21,602 nucleotides of DNA from an uncultured cyanobacterium. GTDB taxonomy: Bacteria > Cyanobacteriota > Cyanobacteriia > Leptolyngbyales > Leptolyngbyaceae. Where the stretch lies: assembly GCA_963766075.1 (NCBI GenBank), contig CAVYAN010000062.1:1-21602 (forward strand), in the 5' to 3' direction. The notes beneath the pieces were generated by a model that was given only the letters and a program-made list of their open reading frames with translations, was not told the DNA's origin and did not search any database. The translations under genes and the position numbers were made by a program. Positions 18,225-21,602 of this stretch are shown here, one piece after another (the stretch's first letter is position 1; each line of letters opens with the position of its first letter).

Positions 18225-21200
18225 ATGAAAGCTCAATTTTATCATTTTATAAGCTCGCTGATTATTGCCGTTGTATTGCCCATCTTGGGGATTAAAGCTG
18301 CTTATAGTCAACCCATTATACCTGCCGCTGATACCCAGACAATCCTCTCCAGTCCGGCCAGCAATCCGAATCAGTTTGACATTACTGGCGGAACTCAATC
18401 TGGGGCTAATCTTTTCCATAGCTTTCAGCAGTTTGGGCTGTCTCAGGGGCAAGTTGCCAATTTTCTGAGCAATCCCAGCATTCAAAACATTCTGGGGCGA
18501 GTCATGGGTGGCAATACCTCCATGATCAATGGTCTACTTCAGGTCAGTGGCGGTAATTCCAATCTATTTTTGATGAACCCCGCAGGTATCATTTTTGGCC
18601 CAAATGCTCGTTTGGATCTCCCGGCCTCATTTGTGGCCACAACGGCTAATGGCATCGGCATGGGTAATGGCTCAGTTAATGCGAGTGGCCTCAATGATTA
18701 TACCCACCTAATGGGTACACCCAATCAGGTGGCATTCCTGGGAACCAATGAGGGGGCATTTCTAAACGCTGGCATTTTGAGCGCTGGACGAGGACAGAGC
18801 ATTACCCTATTGGGCGGTACTGTGATAAATACGGGAGCCATTGAGACTCCAGGTGGCACCATCACAGATCGCGGCAGCACCCGGAGAAAATATGATCAAC
18901 ATCAGCCCAGAGGGCAGTCTGCTGAGTCTGAAGTTACCGATACGGAATGGTGATGGGCTCAATCTTCCCAGCATTACGCCCCTGTCGTTGCCTGCCTTGC
19001 TCACCGGAGGGAGTATACCGGAAGCTACCGGATTAGTCATAGAAAATGGATTGGTTAAACTGACCGGTAGTAATACGTTTATTTCGACCGCAGCCGGTAC
19101 TACCCTCATCAGTGGCAACCTATCTGTCAGTGCCGCAACACCGCAAAATGCAGCCCAAATTCAAGTCTTGGGCGATCGCATTTCCCTGATCCATGCCAAT
19201 CTGAACACCTCTGGTCCGAATAGTGGGGGCATTGTGTTCCTTGGCGGCACTGGGCAAAACCAAGGGACTACGCCGTTCCGAACACAATCCATCGTGGTTG
19301 ATGCCGCTACTCAAATTCAAGCCGACGCTTCTGACCCAGGGCAATGGGGGGCAGGTGGTTGTTTGGGCTGACGGAAGTACCCAGGTGCAGGGGAGAATTA
19401 CAGCCACTGGGGGAGTACAAGGCGGCAATGGCGGTTTAGTCGAAACCTCTGGACTTCGGCAGTTGGATGTGGCGGGGGCACGGGTCGATGCCGGTGCCGT
19501 GCGCGGACTGCCGGGAGCCTGGATAATTGATCCCTCGGATATCACCATCGCGACGACAGGCGGCACGGTTACCCCGGCCCAGATTGCCGCCTCATTGGAT
19601 AGCGGCACAAATGTCAGGTTGACTACGGCATCGGGCGCGGGTGGCAATGGTGATATTACTTTAGCGGACTCGGTGAATCAAATCGGGGGCGGCACTGCTT
19701 CCCTCACGCTGACCGGACGGCGATTTGCCAATCCGGGCGACACAACGATTTCCATGACTAGCGTGGGAGGTTTGACCTTTGACCTGAATCGGTGAACCCG
19801 GAAGTCGATGCACCGACCCGCTCAATTCAGAATGCCATTAATGAGATCGGATCAGTTGCGGGTAGTCGCACCATCAATTTGGGGCTGGCACGTACACAGG
19901 GGATACCCTCACCGTTGATCGCTCCCTGAATTTGAGTGGAACTGGAGCCAGCACCACTGTCCTCAGCGGCAACACTGCCTACCGGGTATTGACCGTTGCG
20001 GCGGGCAATACCGTGAATCTGGATAGTTTGGCGATCCCCAATGGCAGAGTCGTTGGCATCGAGACGATTCAACCCCAAATTGTCTACGGCGGCGGCATCT
20101 ACAATGACGGCAGTACCCTCACCCTTACCAATGTTACCCTGAGTCACAATGCGGTTCAGGGCAGTGAGCGCAGCATTATGAGCAATGGTAGTTCCCCCAT
20201 TGGTGGCGGCATGTACAACAATGGGGGAACGCTCACGATCATCCACTCCAGCCTCACGGGTAATTCGGCGAGTGGGGGGCCTTTCGGGCAGGCTCTGGCG
20301 GCGGCATTTACAACCACGGGGGCACGCTCACGCTTACGGACTCCACCCTAACGGGCAATTCGGCGGACAGCAGTGGCGGCGGCATTGTCAACAACGGGGG
20401 CACGCTACGCTCACGGACTCCACCTTGACAGGCAATTCAGCGAACGGAGGGCCTTTCGGCATGGGCTCTGGCGGTGGTGGCATCTACAGCGACCGCATGC
20501 TCACCCTCACGCGCTCCACCCTGATAGGCAATTCAGTGGTCAGGGGAAATGGCGGCGGCATCCTTAACCATGGTACGCTGACGCTTGTCCACTCCACCGT
20601 GATAGGCAATTCAGCGCAAGATAGCGGCGGTGGCATCTACAGCGACGGCATGCTCACCCTCATCCATTCCATCGTGACGGGCAACTCAGCAGAAATGGGC
20701 GGTGGTATTGCTAATGGTGGCCATTTCAGCAACTTCCCTGCGGCAGTGATCATAACAGCACCCTGGCTGAAAATTCAGCCAGGGTGGGGGGAGCTATCTA
20801 CAATATAGGGCGATCGCGAATAGGATCGGCAGGCACGCTCACCCTCACGAACAGCACCCTGGCCGGGAATTCAGCGAGTGACCGTGGTGGTGGCATCTTT
20901 AACGGCGGCACGTACCGTTACCCACTCTACCCTGACGAGCAATTCCACCCAGGGCGATGGCGGGGGGGTCTATAACGACAGCCTCTTCAACACTATATTC
21001 CCAGGTGCTGATCGATAACAGTACCTTTTCTGGGAATTCGGCGGCGATGCTGGCGGTGGCCTCTTCAACTTGAGCATGCTCACTCTCACCAGCGCTACCC
21101 TAACAGGCAATTCAGCGCATCAGGGTGGTGGTATCGATAGTGCAAGTCAAGACCCTGTACAATTTCCATATCAACCGGCTAGCCGCTTAGCCATCGAGAA

Positions 21201-21602
21201 TAGCCTGATTTCAGGAAATAGGGCTGACAGGGGACGAGAAGTGGCGAATGCAGGTGTTGCTGTTTCTGAAGGCTATAACCTGTTCGGGTATAGCCAATCT
21301 AGTGGTGTGGATGGGATGACACTCCTTGCCACTGACCAAGTGCCGCAAGTCGGCCTCAATCGCATTCTTGCGCCCCTAGCCAACAATGGTGGGCCGACCC
21401 AGACCCATGCCCTGGTTTCGGGTAGCCCCGCCATTAACAGAGGTAATCCCAAGCTTTTCGACTCTCGACCAGCGGGGATTTCCCAGAGTGGGTCGAGCCG
21501 ACATCGGTGCTGCTGAGTTCCAAGCCGTTGAGTTGCCCAGTCTTACGCTGGTCAATATCTGTTGGGATTACCGCTGCATTGTATGGTCGAACCGACATAC
21601 TT
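18225..21602 (+). CDS. Filamentous haemagglutinin-family exoprotein, copy B, multiply frameshifted; 3' end outside the window
   Basis: Same domains as copy A across ORFs 18225..18953, 18841..19371, 19223..19795, 19932..20351, 20185..20808, 20784..20975 and 21070..21516. Confidence 0.9.

Larger units (their letters stand above)
16222..21602. repeat. Right arm of the large inverted duplication; runs to the window edge
   Basis: Reverse complement of 6641..12017; inner boundary at tttgtctaaacagagat. Confidence 0.97.

Noticed and set aside
6641..21602. Two diverged copies considered as a DGR template/variable pair or a shufflon
   Set aside because: No reverse transcriptase or site-specific recombinase; differences include many indels and are not adenine-specific.

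Overview
Cyanobacterial accessory region (many HIP1 GCGATCGC octamers) from an indel-rich, probably long-read-derived sequence. The left 6.5 kb holds a frameshifted P-type cation ATPase, a frameshifted secreted TPR protein, a small secreted protein, a DUF355/adenosine-specific-kinase-family gene with a C-terminal deletion, a CrtI/COG1233-type FAD oxidoreductase and a small membrane protein. From about 6641 to the window end the sequence is one large interrupted palindrome. Two inverted arms of at least 5.4 kb (6641-12017 and 16222-21602) each carry a filamentous-haemagglutinin-family exoprotein gene, an IS630 remnant, an hsp20 gene and IS5 sequence. They flank a 4.2-kb unique spacer holding an intact IS5-family (ISL2/IS702-like) element, hypE, pfkA, an ISAs1 remnant and the rest of the IS5. 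The inner junction of the left arm falls exactly on an IS end. The most novel signal is a 33-bp promoter-like element, CCTCACAAnnTnCTCAAC-9 nt-TAnnnT (23/33 positions invariant), in the sense orientation upstream of three unrelated transcription units (ATPase operon, oxidoreductase operon, hsp20), which suggests an uncharacterised regulon.
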